A stretch of 64,000 nt of DNA from Nitrospirota bacterium (GTDB taxonomy: Bacteria > Nitrospirota > Nitrospiria > Nitrospirales > Nitrospiraceae): assembly GCA_963703955.1 (NCBI GenBank), contig CAVPGK010000020.1, positions 32,787-96,786 of the forward strand, written 5' to 3'. The translations under genes were made by a program, and so were the position numbers. The notes beneath the pieces were generated by a model that saw only the letters and a list, made by a program, of their open reading frames with translations, searched no databases and had not been told where the DNA came from. Of this stretch, positions 35,160 through 44,037 are shown in pieces (within the stretch, counting starts at the first letter, position 1; each line of letters begins with the position of its first letter).

Positions 35160-35639
35160 ATGAAAGCAAAAGAGGGCGTGATTGAGTTGTTGAACAAGAT
35201 CCTGACTGCGGATTTGACCGCGATCAATCAGTATTTCGTCCATGCGAAGATGTGTGAGAATTGGGGATATGAACGGCTTCATCAGAAGGTCAGGGAGCGG
35301 AGCTTCGATGAAATGAAAGATGCGGAAGAATTGATCGAACACATCCTCTATCTCGAAGGCGTCCCGAACATGCAACGACTGAGCACCGTGCAGGTGGGTG
35401 AAAGCGTGCCGGAGCAGTTCAAGGTGGACTTGAAAGCGGAACAGGACATGCTAAAAATGCTGACGGAAAGCATCACGCACTGTGCCAAGGTCGGAGATTA
35501 TACGACCCGACACATGCTGGAAGACATGGCCAAGGATGTCGATAAACATATCGATTGGGTCGAAATTCAACTTGAGACCATTAAGCAAGTGGGTCTTGAA
35601 AATTATCTATCCGAGCAGATCAAGAAAGAGGGGTCGTAA
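35160..35639 (+). CDS. bfr: Bacterioferritin
   Basis: LTAINQYFVH, DEMKDA, ILYLEGVPN. Confidence 0.95.
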   Translation: MKAKEGVIELLNKILTADLTAINQYFVHAKMCENWGYERLHQKVRERSFDEMKDAEELIEHILYLEGVPNMQRLSTVQVGESVPEQFKVDLKAEQDMLKMLTESITHCAKVGDYTTRHMLEDMAKDVDKHIDWVEIQLETIKQVGLENYLSEQIKKEGS

Positions 35640-35741
35640 CCTTTCGTGCGCATTTGCTTCGTAGCGCTCGTTCCTCAATAGGGGTGGATCGACTCGCTGC
35701 AGTGATTATGATTGCCCGAGGGGACAAGGCTCATCCCGTTC

Positions 35742-35855
35742 TTACAGATGAGCCTTCCACATCAACCAGGCAATCACCGCGAGGATGACCATTCCTACCG
35801 AAAACGCCAAGCTGACGATTGTGGCTCGATCCGTCTTATCCCGCCTGTCGATCAT
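35742..35855 (-). CDS. 37-aa single-TM small protein (not in ORF track)
   Basis: MIDRRDKTDRATIVSLAFSVGMVILAVIAWLMWKAHL; AAGGAGG SD; ATGA overlap with the upstream gene. Confidence 0.6.
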   Translation of the reverse strand: MIDRRDKTDRATIVSLAFSVGMVILAVIAWLMWKAHL

Positions 35856-36025
35856 GCCCGGCCTCCTTTCGAGCGGCCTGCCTCAGAGGGTTCTGGAGCC
35901 TTCCCTCCGGCCTCGACCAAGAGAGCCGCTTGCGTAATGGCATAGCCGCACATTGCGCAGGTCCAGAATGCTCCGGTCGCGATCAAGCTGTGTCGATGAC
36001 AGCGTACGCAAACAAGAACTTTCAT
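35852..36025 (-). CDS. 57-aa zinc-ribbon protein
   Basis: GAGGAG SD; CVRC...WTCAMCG. Confidence 0.65.
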   Translation of the reverse strand: MKVLVCVRCHRHSLIATGAFWTCAMCGYAITQAALLVEAGGKAPEPSEAGRSKGGRA

Positions 36026-36076
36026 GGATACTCCTCTCATAGGTAATTCTGCCTTGTTTGTGTTCACGAAGGAACA

Positions 36077-36325
36077 TCAATGATTCATGTCCGAAAAAGG
36101 CCGCGCGCGCCTCATGCGATGACAGACCGTTGCGTTCCTGGTGGCCGAGGTCTGAAATGGTGTTATTTGTCTGACCTGGGCAGCCATACGATTGACATCA
36201 ATCGCGAACAATAGAAATTCATGTCGGTCAAAATGCAACGTCATCGGCCCATAGGTGAAGTGCAGCCTGCCGCAGCCGCACAGGCTCAACATCGGGTATT
36301 CGTTGACTCGATCAGGTTTCCGCAT
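36077..36325 (-). CDS. Small hypothetical protein with CGCGxxH motif
   Basis: AAGGAGG SD; LSLCGCGRLHFTYG. Confidence 0.65.
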   Translation of the reverse strand: MRKPDRVNEYPMLSLCGCGRLHFTYGPMTLHFDRHEFLLFAIDVNRMAAQVRQITPFQTSATRNATVCHRMRRARPFSDMNH

Positions 36326-36353
36326 GAATCCTCCTTGTGGAGAGGCGGCAGCA

Positions 36354-36815
36354 TTACCGCGCAGGCTGCGTGAGCCCTGCCTTGAAAATTTCAGCGAGCG
36401 CGCTGACTCCGCATCCGTTGAGATCGTGCACCATCAGGAACTGGAGGATACCCTCCGGGTCGATCACAAAACTCTGACAGCGTCGCGATTCCGTCGCCGG
36501 TTCGATACCGAAAGCGCGGTGAAGTCGGTACAGAGGGTCGGCTAGGATGACAAGGCGCTGCCTTATCTGGCGAGTCCACGATTCGTGCAGGATTGTTGTG
36601 TCCGGACCGACGGCAACGAGGGAGACCTCGCTCTCAGCCACGAATCCGAAATCGGCTTGCCGATGAAGAATGGCTGCTTCGACCTGCGTCAGTCGCGGCA
36701 GAAAGCAAAGCAGGACCCACCTGGGCTTGAATTGCCCAAGCTCAACATACTGTAACGCTCCTTGAACCAAGGCGGGGATTCGACAAAAGGGCACGTGGTC
36801 TCCGATGCGTCTCAT
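36354..36815 (-). CDS. AhpC/TSA-fold redoxin-like protein
   Basis: WVLLCFLP, D...HESW, LADP...AFG, FVIDPEG pattern. Confidence 0.7.
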   Translation of the reverse strand: MRRIGDHVPFCRIPALVQGALQYVELGQFKPRWVLLCFLPRLTQVEAAILHRQADFGFVAESEVSLVAVGPDTTILHESWTRQIRQRLVILADPLYRLHRAFGIEPATESRRCQSFVIDPEGILQFLMVHDLNGCGVSALAEIFKAGLTQPAR

Positions 36816-36891
36816 AGGCCCTCTCCAATGTGGCTAGGCTCTTGCCAAATATTTACTGAGTGGCTGATCATCAGATAACGTCGACGATCCC

Positions 36892-38537
36892 TCACTGCTG
36901 GGTGGCACGGTCCACGCCATCTAGCGGTCCGGACAACAAAGCGGTTGCCCGCCCGATCCCGTCTTCCAGCCATCGAGTTATGATGGATGGACGAGTCCAT
37001 TCTCGTTCAGCACGTAGTCCAAGTCGGCCAGTAACTTCTTGGACGGCCCCGAGCCGTGCAATCGATCGGCGATGACCAGGACACGCTCGTCCTGCGCACG
37101 TTCCGCAATGATCTTCCGGACTTCGGCGATTGCCAGTTCACGTTGCTCCGGCCAGTCTTCCCGTGCCGTGGCGGCTAGAAGCCCTTTAAGTTGCGCAATG
37201 CGGATCTTGCCGAAGTCGCTGGATATTGGCGTTCATGATCGATAACCATCTGGCATTGCCTTCCTCGGTCTTTTCGCGGTGTGCAAGAAGGATGACCCGT
37301 TCTTTCAAGGGATCCTTGCTGACTTCAATGATCCGTTCGTGGAGGATCTCTGCTATGGCCGGGTTTTCTTCATAGCCACCGAAGGTCAAGAACAGCGCGG
37401 CGCTGCGGATCTGGCCTGGAAGATCATGGTCGTGCGCTGGCGGGGCGGGGGAGAGGCCGAGGATATAGTCGGTCCGGTCTTTCATGTGCTGCGTCAGTGC
37501 ATACATTCGCACAAACACGATACGCCGGATGCCTTCCGACTCCAACCTCGATACGGCCTGCTGGATGGTCCAAGAATCTCCCATGCCGTAGGGCCATCTC
37601 AATGCGGTACCGTGATGTCAGTGGCGCGATGACCCGCTCAACCGCGTCATTCCACGGTTGCGCGGCTCCGTGCGGCATGATGACGACGCCGATTTCATTG
37701 CGCACGGCCGGAACATAACCGTTGGCCGTTTTCTTGACCCAGAGTAGAACGTTCGGATGAGGTAGCAGTTCGTCGCCTAGGTAGACGATATTCAGCTCGC
37801 TGAACTTTCGTCCGATCCAGGCAGCGAGACCCATGTGCTGATCGAACTTAGGACCAATCGTGGCTGGCACGGCAATCGTTCGGCCTTCTTTGGCGATGAT
37901 TCGCATAATTTCCGTATCTACCGCCTTGTTCTTGTCTTCTGCGCTCCTCGCCTCTCGATCGTAATAGACGACAGCACGTACTTCTCTGAACCGTTTTCGC
38001 CGCGTGACATGAGCGAGCAACTTGTCCAAATCGGCTTTCAAGGCGGTTTCGCTTGCGTCATCCATCGCGCCTGTGCCGATGACGATGAGGCGTTCCTGCT
38101 CCGAATCCTGGCTGAACCCCGGCTTCCACTCGGTCCAGGAGAATCTGGCCGACGAGGTAACTCTCCGGCATAGGCGCGGTCCATTCAATATTTCCGGCGT
38201 CAGGATAGGTCGGAAGATAAGCGATCACTTTCTGCAATATCGGATCCGACATGGACCGAAAGAGCGGAATGGCCACGATGTGGGTTGCCCCTGCCCTGTC
38301 CTGAGTCTCGACCAATGCGCGACTGAGGTAGCCGGAATACTCGCCACCGACTCCGTTGTCGTCCCGGCCGATCAGTACTAGAGAAGCGGCGTAACTTTTC
38401 TTAAAGTCGTCGAACACAGAGCGGATTTCCTGGTTGCCTATGAAGCCTCGATCCGGCGCCACGAGCAAGAACCCTGTTTGAGATTCCGAACACCACGAGG
38501 TCGAAGACCACGTCAACATGAGCAGCAAGACTGCCAA
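36892..38537 (-). CDS. Exported multi-domain CbiX/chelatase-fold protein (several frameshifts; start uncertain)
   Basis: Signal-like N-terminus; IVAIPLF, VIMPHGA, RIVFVRMY, ILLAH, REDW and HP...W segments across ORFs 38058-38537, 37424-38188, 37186-37602 and the frame beyond. Confidence 0.65.
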
Positions 38538-38563
38538 CGAGGAACGCTGTCCTAACCTATAAG

Positions 38564-38578
38564 TGATACTAGTTCTCA
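38564..38578. promoter_or_regulatory. Fur-box-like 7-1-7 site
   Basis: TGATACT-A-GTTCTCA. Confidence 0.55.
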
Positions 38579-39060
38579 GTATCGATCAAATAATACCGAA
38601 AAGCTCCTTTCCAGAGAATGTTTGTCTGCCTGAAAGGTCATGTTCATTGGGTGGAAGGTATCCGACGGAACGTGCAGGCAGGGTAGAAGGAAGGGAGCTA
38701 GACCGCGTGTTCTGCTCTCTGAACCCCGAAGCGCTTCGACTCTTAGGGATACAAGCTTCGCCTATTCGACGGAACCGATCACAACATGATCCAGGCTCCT
38801 CCAGTCGGTCTTCAGTGGTGGGTCAGACTGTCCTTTCTGCGCTACATGGGAGCGTATGCAAAGCGGCATGGGCGAGAATACGAGGTTAGGAGAGGCTTCT
38901 GCAGTAGGCTGCTGGATCTGAATCAAAAAGGCTTCGAGCCAGCACTTCGTACGCGGATATTTTGGGCTCCCAGCGCCCGGTTCATCTGTCGCTGCCCCGG
39001 AATAGGTATTTCAGATACCGAGGTCCAATAGAGCGATCCTCATGGTTCCTCCAGGTGGCG

Positions 39061-40288
39061 TCATGGTGTCCGCACGACCCGAAACCGACCTAGGAGCCCT
39101 AAAGTGGCCAGACCGACCGCAAGCAATGTGAGGGGAGACGGTTCCGGCACCGGTACGCCTTGGAGTTTCCCGAACAGTCCGTCACTTTCCTCGTTGGGCC
39201 CTGCCGTGAAGTAGAGATGGTTGGCCTCTCCTAGGCTGACTCCATTGCCGAACGTCAGTCCCCACAATCCGTCGATCTTGATCGGGTTGCCAGACGGGTC
39301 AAGGAGATAGCCGAGTTGGGTACGGGTCGTCCGGTCGTATCCCACGATCGTCCCGTCGCCGAAATTTGCGACCAAAAGGGCATCGCTGAATTCACCGAAA
39401 TCCGATGGCGCAATCGCCAGTCCCCACGGCGCGTTGAGCAGCCCTTTGCCTTCCCACACGTTGAGAAGCTTGCCGTTCAGATCGAAACTCGCCAGGTATC
39501 CGAGGCCTGGGCCACTCAACTCTTCACCGGGAATACCGCTCAATTGTGCATAGGCTACGTACAATGTCCCGTTCAGATTCTGAATATTAAAGGGCGCATA
39601 GTTCTTAGGAATCGTCCCATCTGGAACCGAGAAAAGCCCCGGTGGGGTGATCGATTGAAATCGGTTATCCCACACATCGATGCGGTTCTGACTGAAATTG
39701 GCGGCGAACAGACGGTTGTTCGAGGAACCGTCCGTGACCGCTAAGCCTTTGTAGATCGCTCCCTGCGCCGAGTTATCGACAGCGATGACCGACATTGTTT
39801 GGCGCTCGAATCCCCCGTTCACACTGCGCTCCGTCCATCCCGACAGCGTGCCGTCTTCCGTCACGAAGAGAAACCGGCTGGGACCTGTGATTCCCTCGCC
39901 GCTGACCGTGAAGTCCGAAGGATGGCCGCTAAATACCTGTCCCGTGGGGTGGCAGGTGGTTTCTGGAGGGCTGCCCGGCGGTGGAGCAACGGTGCACTAC
40001 CTTCAGTTCGTCTTGGAACAGCGGTGTGCCGTGGACGTCACCGACGTATTCCGTAACCGTCCCACTGTCCGCATTGTTGACCCAGAAATGGCCGCCGGCG
40101 CCGGCTGGGCGAAGGGCGATGCCCCAAGCATTCACAACCAAGGGATCGAGAATTTGCGGATGAAAGTCCGGGCTGTTTGAGACGAGGTTGGTCTGCACGT
40201 ACCCCTCGCCGATGGCCGGGCTGACCGAGCCTGCGATCGTGGCAGCGGCGACAAAACCTCTGACCATGTTTGTCCACGCTGATTGCAT
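39061..40288 (-). CDS. TIGR03118-family PEP-CTERM protein (frameshifts near 39930-39990)
   Basis: YVQTNLVS, NAWGIA, APFNIQ, LNAPWG, IDGLWGL, C-terminal VPEPS-TM-RFR; GAGGAGG SD. Confidence 0.88.
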
Positions 40289-40538
40289 GTCGACCTCCTC
40301 GTAGTACAGCCGATGTCATACATCTGCCGGGCTATTGATTACCAGCATTCACGGATGTATGGTCAGCGGGCTCCTTCGTAGGTAGTTAATATGAGTGAGT
40401 CAGGTTATATCCGACAAGAAGGCAAGAGAGAATGCTTTTCGACCGGCTCGAGCATGTTCACAGGCCAGGAGAGTAAGCCGGACAATACCGTATACGTTAG
40501 GATAACCTGCATGGTATGGGTGCCTTGTCTGGTAACTC

Positions 40539-41075
40539 CTAGGGCCGTTCGCCATGGCTCTCTCTTCTGAATTGCTTCGGGGAATAGCCCAGGGCCCGTT
40601 TGAAAAAATGACTAAAGGCGAACTGATCACTGAACCCCAACCTTTGCGCGACCTGGGCCAGTGGCAGTTGGCCAATTCCCAGGAGATGCTTCGCTTCCTC
40701 GAGGCGGAGGCGTTTCAAATAGAGTGAAAATGGCTCACCCAGGTGAATTTGAAACAGTTCGGAGCAGTATTTTTCCGAATAGCCGAGAAACTTGGCCAGA
40801 TCCTTCAAGGTCAGTCCTCGGTGGAGATTGGTCAGCATGAAGTGATGAATTTGTTTCGCTAGGTCGTCAACTGGTCCCGTGGCGTCATCGGTTTGATCGA
40901 TTAATTCCTTGAACAATCGCACTTCGTGGAAGAGGTGAGAGAGGAAACCTTCAAGTTCACCTCTGGTCTCGGCTCCCGCCAGTTGTTCGGCCCATCGACG
41001 AGCGTGGTCGCGAACCTGCTCAATGAGTCCGTCTAGTGCTGCGGGTTGGCCATGTGTGAGCGTTTGGGGGCACAT
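40539..41075 (-). CDS. AraC-family transcriptional regulator
   Basis: LKDLA..LGYS, RLEEAKHLL, LGFSDQFAFSHFFKR..G.SP. Confidence 0.88.
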   Translation of the reverse strand: MCPQTLTHGQPAALDGLIEQVRDHARRWAEQLAGAETRGELEGFLSHLFHEVRLFKELIDQTDDATGPVDDLAKQIHHFMLTNLHRGLTLKDLAKFLGYSEKYCSELFQIHLGEPFSLYLKRLRLEEAKHLLGIGQLPLAQVAQRLGFSDQFAFSHFFKRALGYSPKQFRRESHGERP

Positions 41076-41163
41076 GATTTATCCAAGAGACGCAAGGAGG
41101 AGACGGTCCGAGAGCGGAAGCGCCCCTCCTCGCGGGCGGGTGGTCACAGTCCCGCCCGATTCC

Positions 41164-41871
41164 TTAGTTTTTTGCCAGTGCGGTGAAGCAGCGTGCGAGC
41201 AGTTCGAACGGCTCCCGTGTCATTGCCAGAAAGTTTCGCACTAGATCGGGATCCAGTTGAGTGCCACTGCCTCCTTGGAGCCGCCGCCTCGCCGATTGAA
41301 AATTCTTTGCCGGATCGGAGGACGACTGTTGCGTCAGGACGACATCAAACGTATCGGCCACCGCGAGCACACGCGAGCCAAGGGGAATGAAGGACCCTCG
41401 CAAACCATAGGGATATCCGGAGCCGTCCCAATGTTCGTGGTGATGAGCGATCCACACGGTTGGAAAGTCGAGCAGGGGCAGTGCCGCCAGGATCTCCGCG
41501 CCGGCGCGTGGGTGACATTGGACCAGTTCATACTCTTCGCCGGAGAGCGGGCCGCGCTTCCGCAGGATCGCGGCAGGCAAGGTCAACCTCCCGATATCAT
41601 GCAGCAAAGCGGCGATATGTAGGTTTACCAGGTCGTCTTTGGTAAGGCCCACGGCGCTTCCAAGGGCCACCGCGTACTGGGCGGTTCGTTCACCGTGGGT
41701 GTGGGATTGCGGATCCCTCGCCCGCATCAGCAAGATCAGTGCACGGACCACCTCGTTCCGGGAGCGGGGGCAATGTTCAGCGATCAGGTCCACGATGTCC
41801 GGGATCGACAGAGGTTGGTTGAGTGAGAACGAACATGGGAAGTCAGCCCATTTTTCGACTTGCAAGGGCAT
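41164..41871 (-). CDS. HD-GYP domain phosphodiesterase
   Basis: HGER, LLHDIG, HHEHWDGSGYP, VADTFD. Confidence 0.9.
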   Translation of the reverse strand: MPLQVEKWADFPCSFSLNQPLSIPDIVDLIAEHCPRSRNEVVRALILLMRARDPQSHTHGERTAQYAVALGSAVGLTKDDLVNLHIAALLHDIGRLTLPAAILRKRGPLSGEEYELVQCHPRAGAEILAALPLLDFPTVWIAHHHEHWDGSGYPYGLRGSFIPLGSRVLAVADTFDVVLTQQSSSDPAKNFQSARRRLQGGSGTQLDPDLVRNFLAMTREPFELLARCFTALAKN

Positions 41872-41902
41872 GGCGTATCCTCCTTGAATCGTGTGCGCAT
41901 AT

Positions 41903-41959
41903 AAGAGAAGAGCCCAAGACTGTGGTCACGGACTTGGGCTCTGGGTCCTGTGGCCTCTC
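41903..41959 (-). terminator. Leader terminator-like hairpin overlapped by Com-target-like site C
   Basis: Minus strand GAGGCCACAGGACCC-AGAGCCCAAG...CTTGGGCTCT-TCTCTT (10-bp perfect stem). Confidence 0.6.
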
Positions 41960-41984
41960 GCACCGATGTTTTTTCAAAACAGAA

Positions 41985-42155
41985 TCATCTTGCCTTTTCC
42001 TTAGAAGGTGAAGCCGGCGACGAACCCTGATTCTCCGACAAAGGAATGGTTACGATCCGCCGGCACCGCTTGCACTTGAGCTGGATCCCATGCAGGTACC
42101 ATTGGGCGATCAGCAGGCCACAAGTGCACCGGATCTCCTTCCCTGTCTGGGACAA
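41985..42155 (-). CDS. Com-like zinc-ribbon protein, paralog B (56 aa, TTG start; not in ORF track)
   Basis: MSQTGKEIRCTCGLLIAQWYLHGIQLKCKRCRRIVTIPL..., clearly similar to 45653-45829. Confidence 0.8.
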   Translation of the reverse strand: MSQTGKEIRCTCGLLIAQWYLHGIQLKCKRCRRIVTIPLSENQGSSPASPSKEKAR

Positions 42156-42210
42156 CGGATTTATTTATTCTCTCTTCACACGTCGTCTATTTCTTGGTCT
42201 CTACAGGCCC

Positions 42211-42272
42211 AGAAACAAAAGCCCAACACCGCATATGCAGCATTGGGCTCTGGACTCGCCGTCTCTGGCCTT
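42211..42272 (-). terminator. Intrinsic terminator overlapped by Com-target-like site B
   Basis: Minus strand AAGGCCAGAGACGGCGAGTCCAG-AGCCCAATGCTGC-ATAT-GCGGTGTTGGGCT-TTTGTTTCT. Confidence 0.65.
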
Positions 42273-42300
42273 GGGCGCGAATTATTGGATCAGGCCATCA

Positions 42301-42813
42301 CTAGTCTTCACTTGTCTGGGCCATTAAAGGTCGTTTTACCAGCCACATTTCATACATCGGAATGGCCATCATTACGAAAAAACTGATTACCATCAAAAGA
42401 TCGCCGACCAGCATCGTCAGGACGAAAAACGGCGAGACGTACGTGATCAGCCATGGCGAGATCAGATCCAGGCCGACGCCGCCGAATGCGATCCAAGTCA
42501 ATGACACCTTCAGTCCGTTGCTCGCCATGGTGAGATAGAGCACATGGATGAGGATGATGAACACAACGGGCATCGTAAACAGGTGGAAGTGGGTGATCTC
42601 GGCCAGTTCCCGGAAGGACATCGGCTCCCCATAGGTCGCATCCGAGCCACGGTAGTGATCCGCGATGCCTTGTGGTGACAGACCTGTCATGCTGTGCGCC
42701 CAAAAGAAACTGAATGCAAATCCAACAAACATCAAGATCAAAAACAGGGTATACACCAGCCGAATGTGACGATCCGCGTCACGCAGCCGGAATCGGGCGT
42801 TGAAGTTACGCAT
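42301..42813 (-). CDS. Four-TM membrane protein with His motifs (possible heme b or metal ligands)
   Basis: Hydrophobic segments; HYRG and EITHFHLFTMP...IH. Confidence 0.75.
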   Translation of the reverse strand: MRNFNARFRLRDADRHIRLVYTLFLILMFVGFAFSFFWAHSMTGLSPQGIADHYRGSDATYGEPMSFRELAEITHFHLFTMPVVFIILIHVLYLTMASNGLKVSLTWIAFGGVGLDLISPWLITYVSPFFVLTMLVGDLLMVISFFVMMAIPMYEMWLVKRPLMAQTSED

Positions 42814-42831
42814 CCATTAAAAGCCTGGTCG

Positions 42832-43509
42832 TCAATCGCCGAAGAGGGATCCCCAAAATCCTTTGGCCGCCCTTCGCCCTTCGGACGTATCGCTGCCGAT
42901 TCCCTGTGGCTTCAGGTAAAACTCGTCCACGAGAACCAGCACCCGTTTCACACCCGCACTCATGGACCGGACCGACATGGTCGCGCCGCTGATATTAATA
43001 ATGTCCTTGTTGATGCGGACCGGGTCCAAGACTGTCTTGCCTTGATACTGGTAGCTGAACCGCTTCTTGCGGACTTCACTGCCTCGCGCTTCCCGAAAAA
43101 CCAGAAGTTCCACATTCGTCACACGGCCCTTGTTATCCACCCCGACCATGTAGGTCATCGGCTTATGCTTTCCGATCGTGTTATGAATCATGGCATAGCC
43201 ATCCACGGTTGCCCCGGACTCAAAGATGTAGACTTCAAACGAGTCCTCGGGGAACTTCCAGCCGATCCGGGATTCAACCTGAACTTTCTGGTCGGGACTG
43301 ATCTGGAGAGTCTCCTTCCGAAATCGTTCGGAATTCGGGAACATTAGGGCCAATGCGTCCTCTTCGGTCAGGAAGACCTCCGCGAGCGTCATCTCCTGCT
43401 CGGTCAAATAACGCTTGAGCTCGCTATCCCAGATACGCTCGGCCCGGGAATTGGCCGAGGTAGACAGACCGAAAGCAAGAATGGCTGCGATGAAATACTT
43501 CGACTTCAC
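42832..43509 (-). CDS. Exported FMN-binding (flavinylated) domain protein
   Basis: Signal peptide, ISGATMS flavinylation motif; GTG overlaps the upstream TGA. Confidence 0.85.
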   Translation of the reverse strand: MKSKYFIAAILAFGLSTSANSRAERIWDSELKRYLTEQEMTLAEVFLTEEDALALMFPNSERFRKETLQISPDQKVQVESRIGWKFPEDSFEVYIFESGATVDGYAMIHNTIGKHKPMTYMVGVDNKGRVTNVELLVFREARGSEVRKKRFSYQYQGKTVLDPVRINKDIINISGATMSVRSMSAGVKRVLVLVDEFYLKPQGIGSDTSEGRRAAKGFWGSLFGD

Positions 43510-43967
43510 GTCTGTGGACAATCTCGCTTCTTGAGGTTCGCATCCAGCTTTTCTTGAACGGCAGCGATCGCTTCTTGGGACGGCTCCACCGGCCACCATT
43601 TGGTGGCCTCCTGTGTCACGCCGCCCTTGTTATGCCAACGCTGCCGGTTTTCGACGATCGTCACGGAAGTGACGTCATGAAGTTGCTTCACCGTGACGAT
43701 CATGCGGGCGCGCTCCCTGTTGTTCCACGGGTCACGTCCAAACATCCCATAAGGGCGACCCTCGGCCGCCATCTCGGTCCAAGGTGTTTCAATGACGCCA
43801 GAGACCTTGTCTTGCATCGAAAGGGGACGGGCCTTCATCGTGTCAACCGCCGCCTCCCAGACCGTGTCGTAAGGACACACGAGGTATTGATCCCGAATAC
43901 CGCTCAACGAGGCACAGCCGGCCAAGATAATGAAGGCTAAGGCCAAGAAGGATTTCACAGCCCGCAC
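43506..43967 (-). CDS. Lipoprotein of unknown function
   Basis: ILAGC lipobox; SGVIETPW. Confidence 0.75.
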   Translation of the reverse strand: MRAVKSFLALAFIILAGCASLSGIRDQYLVCPYDTVWEAAVDTMKARPLSMQDKVSGVIETPWTEMAAEGRPYGMFGRDPWNNRERARMIVTVKQLHDVTSVTIVENRQRWHNKGGVTQEATKWWPVEPSQEAIAAVQEKLDANLKKRDCPQT

Positions 43968-44037
43968 CTCACCCTATGGTCCTTCTGCCGAGGCCTGCGA
44001 ACCCTCTCTCTTGAAAGAAAGGGTTCGGGCCATTCGG

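Noticed and set aside
36812..37000. 62-aa ORF as a separate gene
   Set aside because: Overlaps the frameshifted C-terminus of the CbiX-like gene
39011..39043. 10-codon ORF MRIALLDLGI with a strong SD after the PEP-CTERM gene
   Set aside because: Too short to support; may be the start of a decayed or frameshifted gene
43994..44027. Hairpin between the porin and lipoprotein genes as another Com-type site
   Set aside because: Strong stem but no tandem GAG-NN-CC units; more likely an mRNA stability element
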